This document shows positions 18,329-28,102 of a DNA stretch of 33,325 nt, in pieces; the stretch's first letter is position 1, and every line of letters starts with the position of its first letter. The DNA lies in sequence record SRR2962707_3777, one strand, 5' to 3'. The notes below the pieces were generated by a model. It ran no database searches, was not told the DNA's origin, and worked only from the letters and a program-made list of their open reading frames with translations. The translations under genes were made by a program, and so were the position numbers.

Positions 18329-18403
18329 CTCACAGTCTCCTCTTCTGGCCGGTGTTTTGTGGCGGTTAGTATAACATCTTCGGATTCAGCAAGAGCGTAA
18401 GCA

Positions 18404-19024
18404 ATGACACTCACTGTCTGGCTGACCTTTCTGGTCGCAGCTGTTTTTATCAGTATTTCGCCTGGTGCCGGCGCGGTGAATTCCATGAGCAGCGGGCTTC
18501 GCTACGGGGTGCGTAAATCTCTGCCCACCATTGCCGGTCAGCAATTCGGTTACGGCGCACAGATCGTGCTGGTAGGCGCCGGGCTGGGCGCAATCGTCGC
18601 CTCCTCCAATACTGCTTTGGCAGTGATCAAATGGATTGGCGTGGTTTACCTTATCTGGCTCGGCATCCAGAAATGGAGGGAGCCACCTATTGAAGCATCC
18701 CGGGCGGACCTCTCCGGATTCAGTCCAAGACAGCAGTTCTGGAACGGAGCTCTGGTAAACCTCACCAACCCGAAGGCCACCATCTTCCTGATTGCCCTGT
18801 TCCCCCAGTTTCTGGTGGCGGGCGCGCCCCATGGTCCTCAGTTGGCAACCATGGGGGCTACGCTGATCTTTGTCGATATCCTGGTGATGGTAGGCTATGC
18901 CATTCTCGCCAGCCAGCTGTTCCGGTTCATGACCACCCCTGCGCGCCAGCGGCAAATGAACCGGGTTTTTGGTGGCCTGTTCGTGACCGCAGCGGTGGCC
19001 CTGGCCAGTTTCAAGAGAGCCTGA
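18404..19024 (+). CDS. rhtB: Homoserine/homoserine lactone efflux protein (RhtB/LysE family)
   Basis: SISPGAGAVNSMSSGLRYG, KWIGVVYLIWLGIQKWR and LVNLTNPKATIFLIALFPQF closely resemble RhtB. Confidence 0.88.
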   Translation: MTLTVWLTFLVAAVFISISPGAGAVNSMSSGLRYGVRKSLPTIAGQQFGYGAQIVLVGAGLGAIVASSNTALAVIKWIGVVYLIWLGIQKWREPPIEASRADLSGFSPRQQFWNGALVNLTNPKATIFLIALFPQFLVAGAPHGPQLATMGATLIFVDILVMVGYAILASQLFRFMTTPARQRQMNRVFGGLFVTAAVALASFKRA

Positions 19025-19114
19025 ATTGCCACTGGCTGATAGGTAGTTCTGTGTAATTGTGCGGCCATTGCGATTGCCGTCAAATACTCCGACATCAACC
19101 TGGGAGCCAACAAC

Positions 19115-20080
19115 GTGCTGATTGCATCTCTCGCCATTCTTGCCGGCCTTGCCCTTCTGGTCTGGAGTGCCGACCGGTTTGTTGAAGGATCGGCCGCTAC
19201 GGCTGGCCATTTTGGAATGCCACCTTTACTGATTGGCATGGTGGTGGTTGGCTTTGGTACCTCGGCACCGGAGATGGTGGTTTCCGCGCTGGCGGCCTCT
19301 CAGGGCAACCCCGGCCTGGCGCTGGGTAATGCCTATGGTTCCAACATCACCAACATCGGCCTGATTCTCGGTATCACCGCCGTGATTGCCCCCATTGCCG
19401 TACACTCTCAGGTGATGCGCAAGGAATTGCCGATTCTGGCCCTGGTTACCCTGGCGGCGGCCTGGCTGCTGTTTGACGGCGAACTCAGCCGGCTGGATGC
19501 GACCGGCCTGCTGGTGCTGTTTGCGCTGGTGCTGGGCTGGAGTATCTGGTCTGGCATGAGAAAAACTGATGATGTCTTCGCCACCGAAATGGATGCCGAG
19601 CTTGCCACTCATCCCATGCCCATTCGCAACGCGATGCTCTGGCTGGTCGTGGGGCTGGTTCTGCTGATTATCAGCTCCCGTATTCTGGTCTGGGGCGCAG
19701 TCGATCTTGCCACCCGCTTTGGCGTCAGTGACCTCGTGATCGGCCTGACCATTGTGGCTATTGGCACATCTCTGCCGGAACTGGCCTCTTCTATCATTGC
19801 GGCCCGCAAGGGCGAGCATGATCTGGCTTTGGGTAATATTCTGGGCTCCAACCTGTTCAACACCCTGGCCGTGGTCGGTATTGCCGGCTCCATTGCCCCC
19901 ATGGCGGTGGCCAATGAAGTCTTGATCAGGGATATTCCAGTGATGGTGGGCCTGACCCTCGCCCTGTTTGTGCTAGGCTATGGATTTCGCGGGCCCGGGC
20001 GTATCAATCGTGTGGAAGGTGTTGGGCTGCTGGCCATCTTCGTGGGCTATACGGCCTACCTGCTAAGCACCACCTTTTAA
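19115..20080 (+). CDS. Calcium/sodium antiporter (YrbG/CaCA family)
   Basis: Two alpha repeats, GTSAPE...GNAYGSN and GTSLPE...GNILGSN, with about 10 TM helices. GTG start with GGGAG RBS. Confidence 0.93.
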   Translation: MLIASLAILAGLALLVWSADRFVEGSAATAGHFGMPPLLIGMVVVGFGTSAPEMVVSALAASQGNPGLALGNAYGSNITNIGLILGITAVIAPIAVHSQVMRKELPILALVTLAAAWLLFDGELSRLDATGLLVLFALVLGWSIWSGMRKTDDVFATEMDAELATHPMPIRNAMLWLVVGLVLLIISSRILVWGAVDLATRFGVSDLVIGLTIVAIGTSLPELASSIIAARKGEHDLALGNILGSNLFNTLAVVGIAGSIAPMAVANEVLIRDIPVMVGLTLALFVLGYGFRGPGRINRVEGVGLLAIFVGYTAYLLSTTF

Positions 20081-20931
20081 GAGAGCAGTCCCGGGGTCAG
20101 CAACCATTCACTGACTCCCGGATACTGCTCCAGATCCAGGACATACTCCTGACCACGTGCCGCGCACTTTAAGCGGCAGTATTCCCCGGAATCCTCCAGG
20201 CGCCAGCGTTCCGGATTGTGATGATAACTGAGGGGTGACTTACCAGGTTGGGGCATGAAGCCAGCCGGTAAGCGCCAGTCCGTGACCATTGAGGCTCCGG
20301 GTGCGGTCAGCCGGTGCTGATCTGACAAAGCCTCCACGGCTCCGGCGGCTGGCAAATCCTCACGCAAGCCTGGAATCTGAAGCCTGTCGCCGCTGACATA
20401 GAGACTGTTCTGTGCTGATCGCTCGCCATGCAGGTGCGGATGATAGCGCGCCCAATCCGGTACCGGCGACGCGTCGCCCAGAGGCCAGACGTCGGCCACC
20501 TGCAACCAGCCCCAGACAGCATGAAACGGTCGGCTACCGGGCACAAAGCGCCATCGTCTCCGATAACGTTCCACCGGCCGGAACAGCGCAAAAAAGAGAA
20601 AAAGATCACCAGGCCCAATGTCATGATTGGCCAGGTGCGCCTGGGCCGAACTGTGCTGGCCAAGCACCGGGCGCCAGCCTGGCAGCCGGGGATAGGCACT
20701 TTCGATAACATCGGGATCCAGATGCGCACCACGTCTGGAAAACGCCTGCTGCCCGGTAAGCTGCGACACCAGCGAACCAATGCTTTCTCCGTGGCGCCGG
20801 ACCTGGCTATAGCGAATGGGCGACTGGTCGTCCGGAATGGGCAGTGCCAGGCAACTGCCGTCCGGGAAGACCGGATTGGGACAGCCACCAGCGGAACTGT
20901 CGAAGCCTTTTCTGCTGAGGATCAGTTTCAT
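20077..20931 (-). CDS. Nucleotide modification associated domain 3 (Nmad3)-like protein
   Basis: N-terminus MKLILSRKGFDSSAGGCPNPVFPDG..LPIP, AHLDPD, GDLFLFF..FR and C-terminal RGQEYV match my recollection of the Nmad3 family. Confidence 0.78.
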   Translation of the reverse strand: MKLILSRKGFDSSAGGCPNPVFPDGSCLALPIPDDQSPIRYSQVRRHGESIGSLVSQLTGQQAFSRRGAHLDPDVIESAYPRLPGWRPVLGQHSSAQAHLANHDIGPGDLFLFFALFRPVERYRRRWRFVPGSRPFHAVWGWLQVADVWPLGDASPVPDWARYHPHLHGERSAQNSLYVSGDRLQIPGLREDLPAAGAVEALSDQHRLTAPGASMVTDWRLPAGFMPQPGKSPLSYHHNPERWRLEDSGEYCRLKCAARGQEYVLDLEQYPGVSEWLLTPGLLS

Positions 20932-20963
20932 AGCCGAGCATTATTGACCAAAGCGGCGCAAAC

Positions 20964-20997
20964 AAAAAAGGCCCGTCGGCGTTTGCCGGCAGGCCTT
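20964..20997 (-). terminator. Rho-independent terminator of the receptor/binding-protein operon
   Basis: Minus strand AAGGCCTGCCGGC-AAAC-GCCGACGGGCC-TTTTTTGTTT, about 20 nt after the stop at 21018. Confidence 0.8.
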
Positions 20998-21017
20998 AAG
21001 GTTCTGCTGCGCGAGAG

Positions 21018-21884
21018 TTACCGCACCGCGTTCACCACTTCATCCACTTGCAGCCGTACGCTCTGCAAGCCGCCACCGGACAGGTACCAGAGGCCTGGGT
21101 TAAGCACCACAACTTCGGTAGACACACCAGCCTCGGCCAACGAAGCTTTCAACGTCTCCGGCGCCAGCGGTTCATCTCCGATCGCGGCACTGCGATCAAC
21201 CACCAGCAGGTTATCCGGCGCCATTTGCGCCAGAACATCGGCTGTTACCGGATAGAAGGTACGCTCGCCACGCACGACGGGCTGCACACTGTCTGGCACA
21301 GCCGCAGGTGTCAACGCCAGTAGCTCGTAGACCAATGCTTCCTGCCGAAGTGAAAAGTTCCCGTTATTATGGGTCACCACGGTAACGGTACCTGCGTCGG
21401 CCAAGGTCGCCTTTTGCGCCTCAACGTGCTGCCAGAGCGCGTCCAACTCTACCCCAGCCACCTCTTCAAGGCCGTAGTAGCCAGCCAGGCTGAGCACCCG
21501 GTCATTCACCGCGGCCTGAAGATCATTCCCCTCCAGCGTGACATCACGTACTGGAGCCACCTTCGCAAAGGACGTAAGGGCTTCCGCGCCCTGGCGCCCG
21601 GTCATCAGTACCAATCCTGGTTTCAGGTCAGTGGCCAATGCCAAATCGGGGGTCTTCAGACCGCCTGCGTCCGGCAGCCTTGCACCCAGGTCCGCCAGAT
21701 AATCCGGCAGGCTCTGGTGTGGAATGGCCACAACCTTTTCTTCCAGACCCAGCTCCAGCAAGGTGTCCAGTGCACCGTGATCGTAGCTGATCACCGTGGG
21801 GCCGGTTACTTCCGTCGTGGTCGCGCACCCGGTCAGGGTTATGCCGGCCAGAGCAAAAGCCATAATTCGTTTCATTGAAGTCAT
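21018..21884 (-). CDS. Siderophore ABC transporter substrate-binding lipoprotein (CeuE/FatB-like)
   Basis: Lipobox LTGC, GALDTLLELG, GGLKTPDL, LLVVDRSAAIG and LWYLSGGGLQS are typical of catechol-siderophore binding proteins. Confidence 0.88.
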   Translation of the reverse strand: MTSMKRIMAFALAGITLTGCATTTEVTGPTVISYDHGALDTLLELGLEEKVVAIPHQSLPDYLADLGARLPDAGGLKTPDLALATDLKPGLVLMTGRQGAEALTSFAKVAPVRDVTLEGNDLQAAVNDRVLSLAGYYGLEEVAGVELDALWQHVEAQKATLADAGTVTVVTHNNGNFSLRQEALVYELLALTPAAVPDSVQPVVRGERTFYPVTADVLAQMAPDNLLVVDRSAAIGDEPLAPETLKASLAEAGVSTEVVVLNPGLWYLSGGGLQSVRLQVDEVVNAVR

Positions 21885-21895
21885 GGTTACTATCC

Positions 21896-23926
21896 TCAGA
21901 AGTCGACCGCCAGGCCAAGGTTCAGGCGACGGCCATCCAGCACCACGCCATAGTCATCATTGGTGATTTCTTTATCAGCCAGGTTGTACAGACCCGCGGT
22001 CACCCGGGCAGAATCGGTCAGTTGGTAAAGCAGGCCAGCATCCATCAGCGTGTAACCCGGCGTGCCATCTGACATGCTACGGCGGCCAAGGTAATCGCTG
22101 GTTTCGCCACGGTAGTTGGCCTGGAACCAAAGATTCAGGCGGTTATTCGCTTGCCAGTCCAGGTTGGCGTTAGCCATGTGCTCAGGAATTTTGTTCAGCG
22201 GTTCGCCTTTGTACTCCCCGGTCTTCTGTTCAGAGTCGGTGTAGGTGTAGCTGGAATTCAGAGTGACCGAGTCGGTGAGCCGGTAATCCAGCGTCAGTTC
22301 GACGCCTCGCATTTCGGCTTCGTCGATGTTGGCCCGGGTACTCAGGAACAGGTAGTCGTTGCCCTGAAAGCTGCAGGTCCAGGTGGCCGGGTCATCGCGA
22401 TCCCCATTGGGAGACTCACAAAGCCGGTCTTCGGCAATCTTGTCTTTGAAATCGGTCTGGAACAGCATCACGCTGGCGTTCAGCCCCATGGCCCGGCTAT
22501 CAAACACCATTCCCGCCTCGTAGCTGATACTAGATTCCGGATCCAGTTCCGGGTTGCCGATGATCAATGCCCGTGGATGCGGCGCAGGTGAGCCACCGCC
22601 ACCAGTGCCACGGCCGAAGCCTTCGGTCACATCGGCCAGACCCGGCTGACGATATCCCGTAGACACCCCACCCTTGAGGGTCAGCTCTGGCGTCAGATCG
22701 TAAAGTGCGTAAACCCTTGGTGAAAACTCACCGCCAAACAGCTCGTCGTCGTTGTAACGCAGCCCTGTGGTCACCGACAACTGCTCGGTCAGCCCCCACT
22801 CCACTTCCGAGTACACCGCAGCGATCCAGCGATCAACACTGCGGACGGCGCCTGGAATATTGGATGTCAGCAAACCGTTGGTTTCGTCGGTCAGCTTTTC
22901 CTTCTTGTACTGGCCACCCACCGTCAGCACATGGTCGCCCCAGAACCGTGTAGCCTGGGTATCCAGCATCGATACTTTCTCTTTCTTGGTCTGATCCTGT
23001 ACCCGCTCGGACAGGTCATGCTGGATAAAGCTCCGGGTCAACCAATCGCCATAGTTGCCGGCGTGAGACAGCACGTATACATCTTTGTCATAGATGTAGT
23101 TTGAGCCGGTTTCATCCTCTGCCACACTCTTGCCGGGTGTGCTGGTCTCTTCCAGACGGGAGCTGTCGTAACTCAGGGCAAATTCGTTGCGACTATCCGG
23201 AGTCAGAATCAGCTTGGCACCACCCTGCTTGCGCTTGCTTTCCGGGGTACTGCGTGCGGAGTCATCGGCACCGGCAAAATCGCTCTCATCATCCCCTCCC
23301 CAGGCAGCATTCACTTCCGCACTGAGCAGGTCCTCCACCAATGCGCCGCCGGCAAACAGGCTGGTCTGCCGGCTGTCGTTGCTGACATCGTTCAGAGATT
23401 TGGTGTACTCGGATGAGATAGTGCCCGCCCACTCACCACGGTTTTTGCGGGTGATGATGTTGATGACGCCGCCCATGGCTTCAGAACCGTACAGCGACGA
23501 CATCGGGCCACGGATGACTTCAACCCGCTCGATCATGGAGATGGGCGGCAGAGCAATCTGCTTGCCACCGTCCTGGCCGTTGGTGTTTACCGAACGCCCC
23601 GCTGAGACCGGCCGACCGTCGACCAGATAAAGCGTGTAACTGTCGTCCATCCCCCGAATGCTGATGTCCTGCGCACCACCGCCACCGGTTACGTACACTC
23701 CCGGGATGTTATTCACCGCATCGACAATACTCTTGTAGGACTTCTTCGCCAGCTCCTCGCCAGAGATCACCGAAATACTGGCCGGCGCATCCGAGATGTT
23801 CTGCTCAAAGCCAGCGGCAGTCACCACAATTTCACCCAGCTCAACGGGCTCGGCCTGGGCCAGACTTGCGGTGCTGGCACTGGCCAGGGCAACCGCTGAC
23901 GCCAGCAAAGGAAAACGACGGCGCAT
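21896..23926 (-). CDS. TonB-dependent siderophore receptor (IrgA/CirA-like)
   Basis: TonB box EIVVTAAGFEQ, plug motif IERVEVIRGPMSSLYGSEAMGGVINIIT and C-terminal Phe. ATG 23926 with AAGGAG RBS and signal peptide. Confidence 0.95.
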   Translation of the reverse strand: MRRRFPLLASAVALASASTASLAQAEPVELGEIVVTAAGFEQNISDAPASISVISGEELAKKSYKSIVDAVNNIPGVYVTGGGGAQDISIRGMDDSYTLYLVDGRPVSAGRSVNTNGQDGGKQIALPPISMIERVEVIRGPMSSLYGSEAMGGVINIITRKNRGEWAGTISSEYTKSLNDVSNDSRQTSLFAGGALVEDLLSAEVNAAWGGDDESDFAGADDSARSTPESKRKQGGAKLILTPDSRNEFALSYDSSRLEETSTPGKSVAEDETGSNYIYDKDVYVLSHAGNYGDWLTRSFIQHDLSERVQDQTKKEKVSMLDTQATRFWGDHVLTVGGQYKKEKLTDETNGLLTSNIPGAVRSVDRWIAAVYSEVEWGLTEQLSVTTGLRYNDDELFGGEFSPRVYALYDLTPELTLKGGVSTGYRQPGLADVTEGFGRGTGGGGSPAPHPRALIIGNPELDPESSISYEAGMVFDSRAMGLNASVMLFQTDFKDKIAEDRLCESPNGDRDDPATWTCSFQGNDYLFLSTRANIDEAEMRGVELTLDYRLTDSVTLNSSYTYTDSEQKTGEYKGEPLNKIPEHMANANLDWQANNRLNLWFQANYRGETSDYLGRRSMSDGTPGYTLMDAGLLYQLTDSARVTAGLYNLADKEITNDDYGVVLDGRRLNLGLAVDF

Positions 23927-23971
23927 GAATAACTCCTTGTGTTGTGCAACGTTCACGATGCATCAGTTTTC

Positions 23972-23990
23972 GCATTTGCGAATCATTATC
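23972..23990. promoter_or_regulatory. Putative Fur box upstream of the TonB receptor
   Basis: GCATTTGCGAATCATTATC matches 13/19 of GATAATGATAATCATTATC. Confidence 0.7.
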
Positions 23991-24021
23991 AGTGGCGTGA
24001 ACATTAACACAGCGAAAGGGT

Positions 24022-24975
24022 TCAGGTGTTGGAATGATGCGTTCCGCTTTTCGGAACAGCCTGTGTGGCAGTACCACCGCCCCCAGTCCATTCCTCCGGG
24101 ATACAGCTTCGTAGATGAGCAATAAAGGCCCGCACCCGACGGGGAAGAACACCATGAGGATAAAGCAAGGTCACTGGCAGGTCGGGTCCATACCACTCCG
24201 GTAGACAGGACTGAAAACTGCCGGGATGAGCCGTCAGCCGACGTTCCACCAGCCAGACCGGCATCAAGCCCAGGCCGCGGCCCGCGGCAATGGCGTCACC
24301 CTGCACATTGAACTGGTCCACGGTAAACCGACGGTCCGGTAGCGATAGCGGAAAATTGCCCTGGCGGGAGTGGTGCAATATCACCCCGGTGTCTGCCATA
24401 CCCAGCAGATCCACCCAGGGATGATGGGCAAGCTCTCCCGGTGCAGCCGGCTTGCCGTGCTGCCGGAAATAGGCCGGGCTACCGAAAATACCCTGCTTGA
24501 GTACACCGAGCACCTCCTGGCGCAGCGCTGTCTCACCGGTCTCGCCCAGCCAGATACACACACCGTCCTCGACCGCTTCCGGCAGGTTCCTCTGGGTGTG
24601 AATCGCAACACGAAGGTCGTCATGGTCAGCCATAAAGGACTCAACCACCCCGGAAAACCAGCCACGCACAAAAGATTCGTGACAACGCAACTCCAGCTTG
24701 CCGGTTACCTCGGCTTTGAGTTCGTCCAGTGCCTCCCGCCCCTGCACCACCAACTCGAGAATGTCGTTGCAATAGCGGTAGAACACACGCCCGGCATCGT
24801 TCGGCACGATCTTCCGGGATTGTCTCAGCAACAGTGGCTGCCCCACATTCTCCTCCAGTTGTCGAATCCGGCGGCTGAGAGTGGACTTGGGTAGTCCCAG
24901 ATCCCGGGTACTGGCGGTCAGGCTGCCGGTGCGCACTACCGACACGAAAGCTTCCAGCTCCTGCAAGTCATACAT
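24022..24975 (-). CDS. LysR-family transcriptional regulator (IrgB-like)
   Basis: N-terminal HTH LEAFVSVVRTGSLTA..LGLPKSTLSRRIRQLE, LysR substrate-binding C-terminus, adjacent to an IrgA-like receptor. Confidence 0.92.
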   Translation of the reverse strand: MYDLQELEAFVSVVRTGSLTASTRDLGLPKSTLSRRIRQLEENVGQPLLLRQSRKIVPNDAGRVFYRYCNDILELVVQGREALDELKAEVTGKLELRCHESFVRGWFSGVVESFMADHDDLRVAIHTQRNLPEAVEDGVCIWLGETGETALRQEVLGVLKQGIFGSPAYFRQHGKPAAPGELAHHPWVDLLGMADTGVILHHSRQGNFPLSLPDRRFTVDQFNVQGDAIAAGRGLGLMPVWLVERRLTAHPGSFQSCLPEWYGPDLPVTLLYPHGVLPRRVRAFIAHLRSCIPEEWTGGGGTATQAVPKSGTHHSNT

Positions 24976-24981
24976 GATTTG

Positions 24982-24998
24982 GTTCCAATATTTGCAAC
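24982..24998. promoter_or_regulatory. Candidate LysR recognition site
   Basis: Imperfect dyad GTTCCAA-TAT-TTGCAAC containing T-N11-A immediately upstream of the LysR start. GTTCCAAT recurs 22 nt downstream. Confidence 0.45.
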
Positions 24999-25032
24999 TG
25001 ACCGTTCCAATTTATCACTTTAAAACCTTAAC

Positions 25033-25051
25033 GAGAACCATTATCATTATT
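25033..25051. promoter_or_regulatory. Putative Fur box in the divergent LysR / ABC operon promoter
   Basis: GAGAACCATTATCATTATT matches 14/19 of the Fur consensus. Confidence 0.75.
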
Positions 25052-25104
25052 TTCCATTAAAATTTGCAAGCTATCTAACACCCCGCTGCCGGAGCGCACT
25101 GACC

Positions 25105-26064
25105 ATGACATGCCGCACTCTCACCCCCAGACAGACGCTTCTCCGATCCATTGCCGTACTGGCACTCTCCGCCATGGGCGCGGGTACCAGTCTCGCGGAT
25201 ACCCGGTCTGTGGAAACGGCCTATGGCCCGGTAACGGTCAACGGCCAGCCAGAGCGAGTAGTCACACTGTACGAGGGGGCCCTGGACACGACACTGGCTG
25301 TCGATGCCAACCCAGTGGGTGCCGTAATTACCCGTGGCGGCAGCGACGTTGCCGATTACATCAAGTCCCGGGCAGGCGATATCGCTATTGTGGGCGCACC
25401 GGCCGAAACCAATATTGAAGCGGTTATCTCCGTCCGGCCCGATCTGATTCTGGCAGCACCGCGCACCAATGAGCAGCAATACCAGTTGCTGTCGCGGATC
25501 GCGCCGGTGATCGTGTCAGATGTTCCCATGTTCCAGCCGGACAGCTGGGAACGGGAAACCCGCCTGTTCGCCAAAGCCCTGGGGAAGGAAGAGGCCGCTG
25601 AGCAGGTGATTGCTAAAGTCGAATCCCGCATTGGCGAAGTGGCCGCCCTTGTGGAGGCTCGCATCCCGGAAGCCCAGCGAGATGCCACCCTGGTTCGCTG
25701 GATGCCCCAGGGGCCACTGGTGATGGCGGAAGGTCTGTTCTCGGCCTCGATTCTTCAGGCAGTAGGCTTCCGGATAGATGACAATGATCTGGTTAAAGAA
25801 GGTCGCCCCCATAGCGAACCACTGAGCCTGGAGAACCTGTCCAGCATGGACCAAAGCTGGGTATTCCTGGCGACACTGAATGAAGATGGCGACAAAGCAC
25901 TGGAGGCAGCCCGCCAATCCGCGGCTTTTGCCCACCTGGATGCAGTTGAACACGACCGGGTGATCACCGTCAGCGGGCAACTCTGGACCAGCGCTACCGG
26001 ACCTCTTGCGGTACTGGCCATTCTTGATGACATCGAAGCCGCGCTCACTGCCATTCAGCCCTGA
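25105..26064 (+). CDS. Iron-siderophore ABC transporter periplasmic binding protein
   Basis: Signal peptide, GPVTVNGQPERVVTL, NIEAVISVRPDLIL and YQLLSRIAPV. Confidence 0.92.
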   Translation: MTCRTLTPRQTLLRSIAVLALSAMGAGTSLADTRSVETAYGPVTVNGQPERVVTLYEGALDTTLAVDANPVGAVITRGGSDVADYIKSRAGDIAIVGAPAETNIEAVISVRPDLILAAPRTNEQQYQLLSRIAPVIVSDVPMFQPDSWERETRLFAKALGKEEAAEQVIAKVESRIGEVAALVEARIPEAQRDATLVRWMPQGPLVMAEGLFSASILQAVGFRIDDNDLVKEGRPHSEPLSLENLSSMDQSWVFLATLNEDGDKALEAARQSAAFAHLDAVEHDRVITVSGQLWTSATGPLAVLAILDDIEAALTAIQP

Positions 26065-26072
26065 AGCGCCCA

Positions 26073-27098
26073 ATGTTGAACGCTCTATCCCCGACTAGCG
26101 TGGTTGCGTCTCGCGCTTTTTTCCCGCCGCTTCTGGCTGCGGGATTTTTATTGTTGCTGGTGGTACTGGCCAGCCTGCTCTATGGCGCCGGTCCGGTGTC
26201 TGCCAGCAATGCCATGGCGGCGCTGATGGCCAATGGCACAGAGGAAGCCTGGTTCGTGGTCACCGAGCTTCGGCTGCCCCGCACCATCATTGCCCTGATC
26301 ACCGGCCTCGCACTGGGCCTGGCCGGTGCCCTGCTCCAGTCCATGACCCGCAACCCACTGGCCGAGCCGGGCTTGCTGGGCGTCAGTGCTGGCAGTGGCT
26401 TTGCAGTAGCCCTGGCCATCCTCTTGGGCGCCACCACAGCTACTCTCACCACCCTGGCCGCCCAGCTTGGAGCGCTCGCCGGCTGTGCCCTGGTGATTGC
26501 CGCTACCAGGGTGCAGGGCCTGGGCAATGATCCTGTGCGCCTGGTATTGGCCGGGGCCACCATGACCGGTCTGCTGCTGGCACTGACCTCCATGTTGATG
26601 CTGATGGACCAGCGGGCCGCCGATGAGATTCGCTTCTGGATTACCGGCAGCGTGGCCGGCAAACCCTTGTCCATGCTTTGGGCAACGCTTCCTTCCATCA
26701 CTCTCGCCCTGGTTCTGATTGCTATCGTGGCACGACCACTGGCAGCCATGGCCCTGGGCGAAAAAGCGGCCGTTGGACTGGGACACCACCCGGGGCGAAT
26801 CCGCTTCCTGATCACTTTCACGGTTGCTCTGCTGGTGGGCTCGGCAACGGCCCTGGCCGGGCCGCTGATCTTTGTCGGACTGGTGGTGCCGTTTATTGCC
26901 CGGGCCTTTTCCGGCCCCGATATCCGCAAGACCCTCTTGCTGTGTGTGCCTGTTGGCCCTGCCGTGGTACTGGGTGCCGACGTGCTTTCCCGGTTGATTG
27001 CCGCGCCCGCCGAAATGCCTCTGGGGGTGGTTACCGCGCTGATTGGCGCTCCGGTGCTGCTGGCCATTGTCCGGGCCGGCCGGATGCCTTCGCTATGA
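26073..27098 (+). CDS. Iron-siderophore ABC permease (FecCD family, FepD-like)
   Basis: LRLPRT, QSMTRNPLAEPGLLGV, FVGLVVP and GVVTALIGAP. Confidence 0.93.
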   Translation: MLNALSPTSVVASRAFFPPLLAAGFLLLLVVLASLLYGAGPVSASNAMAALMANGTEEAWFVVTELRLPRTIIALITGLALGLAGALLQSMTRNPLAEPGLLGVSAGSGFAVALAILLGATTATLTTLAAQLGALAGCALVIAATRVQGLGNDPVRLVLAGATMTGLLLALTSMLMLMDQRAADEIRFWITGSVAGKPLSMLWATLPSITLALVLIAIVARPLAAMALGEKAAVGLGHHPGRIRFLITFTVALLVGSATALAGPLIFVGLVVPFIARAFSGPDIRKTLLLCVPVGPAVVLGADVLSRLIAAPAEMPLGVVTALIGAPVLLAIVRAGRMPSL

Positions 27099-28102
27099 CC
27101 GCAGGATTCGCCATGCCGGATAAACGCAACACGCTGGTTAATACCGCCCTGCTCGGGCTGTTAGTCCTGGCAACCATCATCTCGCTGGCCACCGGTACCG
27201 TGCAGGTTTCACTGTTCGATACCCTCAGGGCATTAGCCGGCCACGCAGACCCGATGACCGATTTCGTAATCAACGAGCTTCGTCTGAGCCGGGTAATCGC
27301 GGGACTACTGAGTGGCGCGGCGCTGGCCATGGCCGGCTGCCTGATGCAGACCCTGGCCCGTAACCGTCTGGCGACACCGGGCATTATCGGCATCGATAAC
27401 GCGGCTACCGCCTTTGCCGTCGCGTCGGTGGTGGGTGTGGGACTATCGTTGGCGCCATCAGCCATGGCACTGGCCGGAGCGGCAGCCGCCACGGCGATCG
27501 CCTTCGGTCTGGCGGGCGCCAATGGTACCCGCGGCTATCGCTTTATCGTCGCCGGCATCGGTATTGGAGCCATCGCGGGCGCAGTCACCCAGGTAATGCT
27601 CAGTCGGGTGGCGATTGATGCCGCCAATGCGGCCTATCCCTGGACGGTGGGCAGTCTGAATGCCCGTTCCGGCCAGAGTGTGCTGGTGCTCGGACTGGGC
27701 CTTGCGGCTGGCTACCTGATTCTGATGAGCCTCAGCCGGGCCCTCAACACCTTGCAGTTCACGGATGCGGTGGCCATTGCCCTGGGCACACGACTGAAAG
27801 CCACCCGCATAATCGGCCTGGGTTTGGCGGTGATGCTCACGGGCCTGGCAGTATCGGTCTGCGGGCCGGTTGGCCTGATTGCCCTGCTGGCGCCGGAGCT
27901 TGCCCGGGCACTGTGCCGCCCGGGCAAGGTTCCGCTCACGGCTGCGGCCCTGGCGGGCGCCAGCTTCATGCTGGTTGCCGACCTGTTAGGCCGCACGCTG
28001 TTTGCGCCGCTGGAAATTCCGGTGGGCATCATTACCGCCATCGTCGGCAGCCCTTACCTACTCTGGATACTGCTGAGACCTTCGCCACGGAGCCTGACAT
28101 GA
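27095..28102 (+). CDS. Iron-siderophore ABC permease (FecCD family, FepG-like)
   Basis: QTLARNRLATPGIIGI and EIPVGIITAIVGSPY. Start at the ATGA overlap 27095 (alternative ATG 27113). Confidence 0.92.
   Translation: MTAGFAMPDKRNTLVNTALLGLLVLATIISLATGTVQVSLFDTLRALAGHADPMTDFVINELRLSRVIAGLLSGAALAMAGCLMQTLARNRLATPGIIGIDNAATAFAVASVVGVGLSLAPSAMALAGAAAATAIAFGLAGANGTRGYRFIVAGIGIGAIAGAVTQVMLSRVAIDAANAAYPWTVGSLNARSGQSVLVLGLGLAAGYLILMSLSRALNTLQFTDAVAIALGTRLKATRIIGLGLAVMLTGLAVSVCGPVGLIALLAPELARALCRPGKVPLTAAALAGASFMLVADLLGRTLFAPLEIPVGIITAIVGSPYLLWILLRPSPRSLT

Noticed and set aside
19025-19114. yybP-ykoY (Mn2+) riboswitch upstream of the cation antiporter
   Set aside because: The region is short and I could not find the conserved motif elements.
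20428-21255. Long antisense or shadow ORFs (also 26180-27067, 15512-16282, 18386-19210, 6148-6870)
   Set aside because: They lie opposite well-supported genes in GC-rich DNA and show no recognisable motifs.
26678-27094. Long N-terminal extensions of the permease ORF (and of 27913.., 10534.., 30719.. ORFs)
   Set aside because: They overlap neighbouring genes or lack family character. Better starts with an RBS or ATGA coupling lie downstream.
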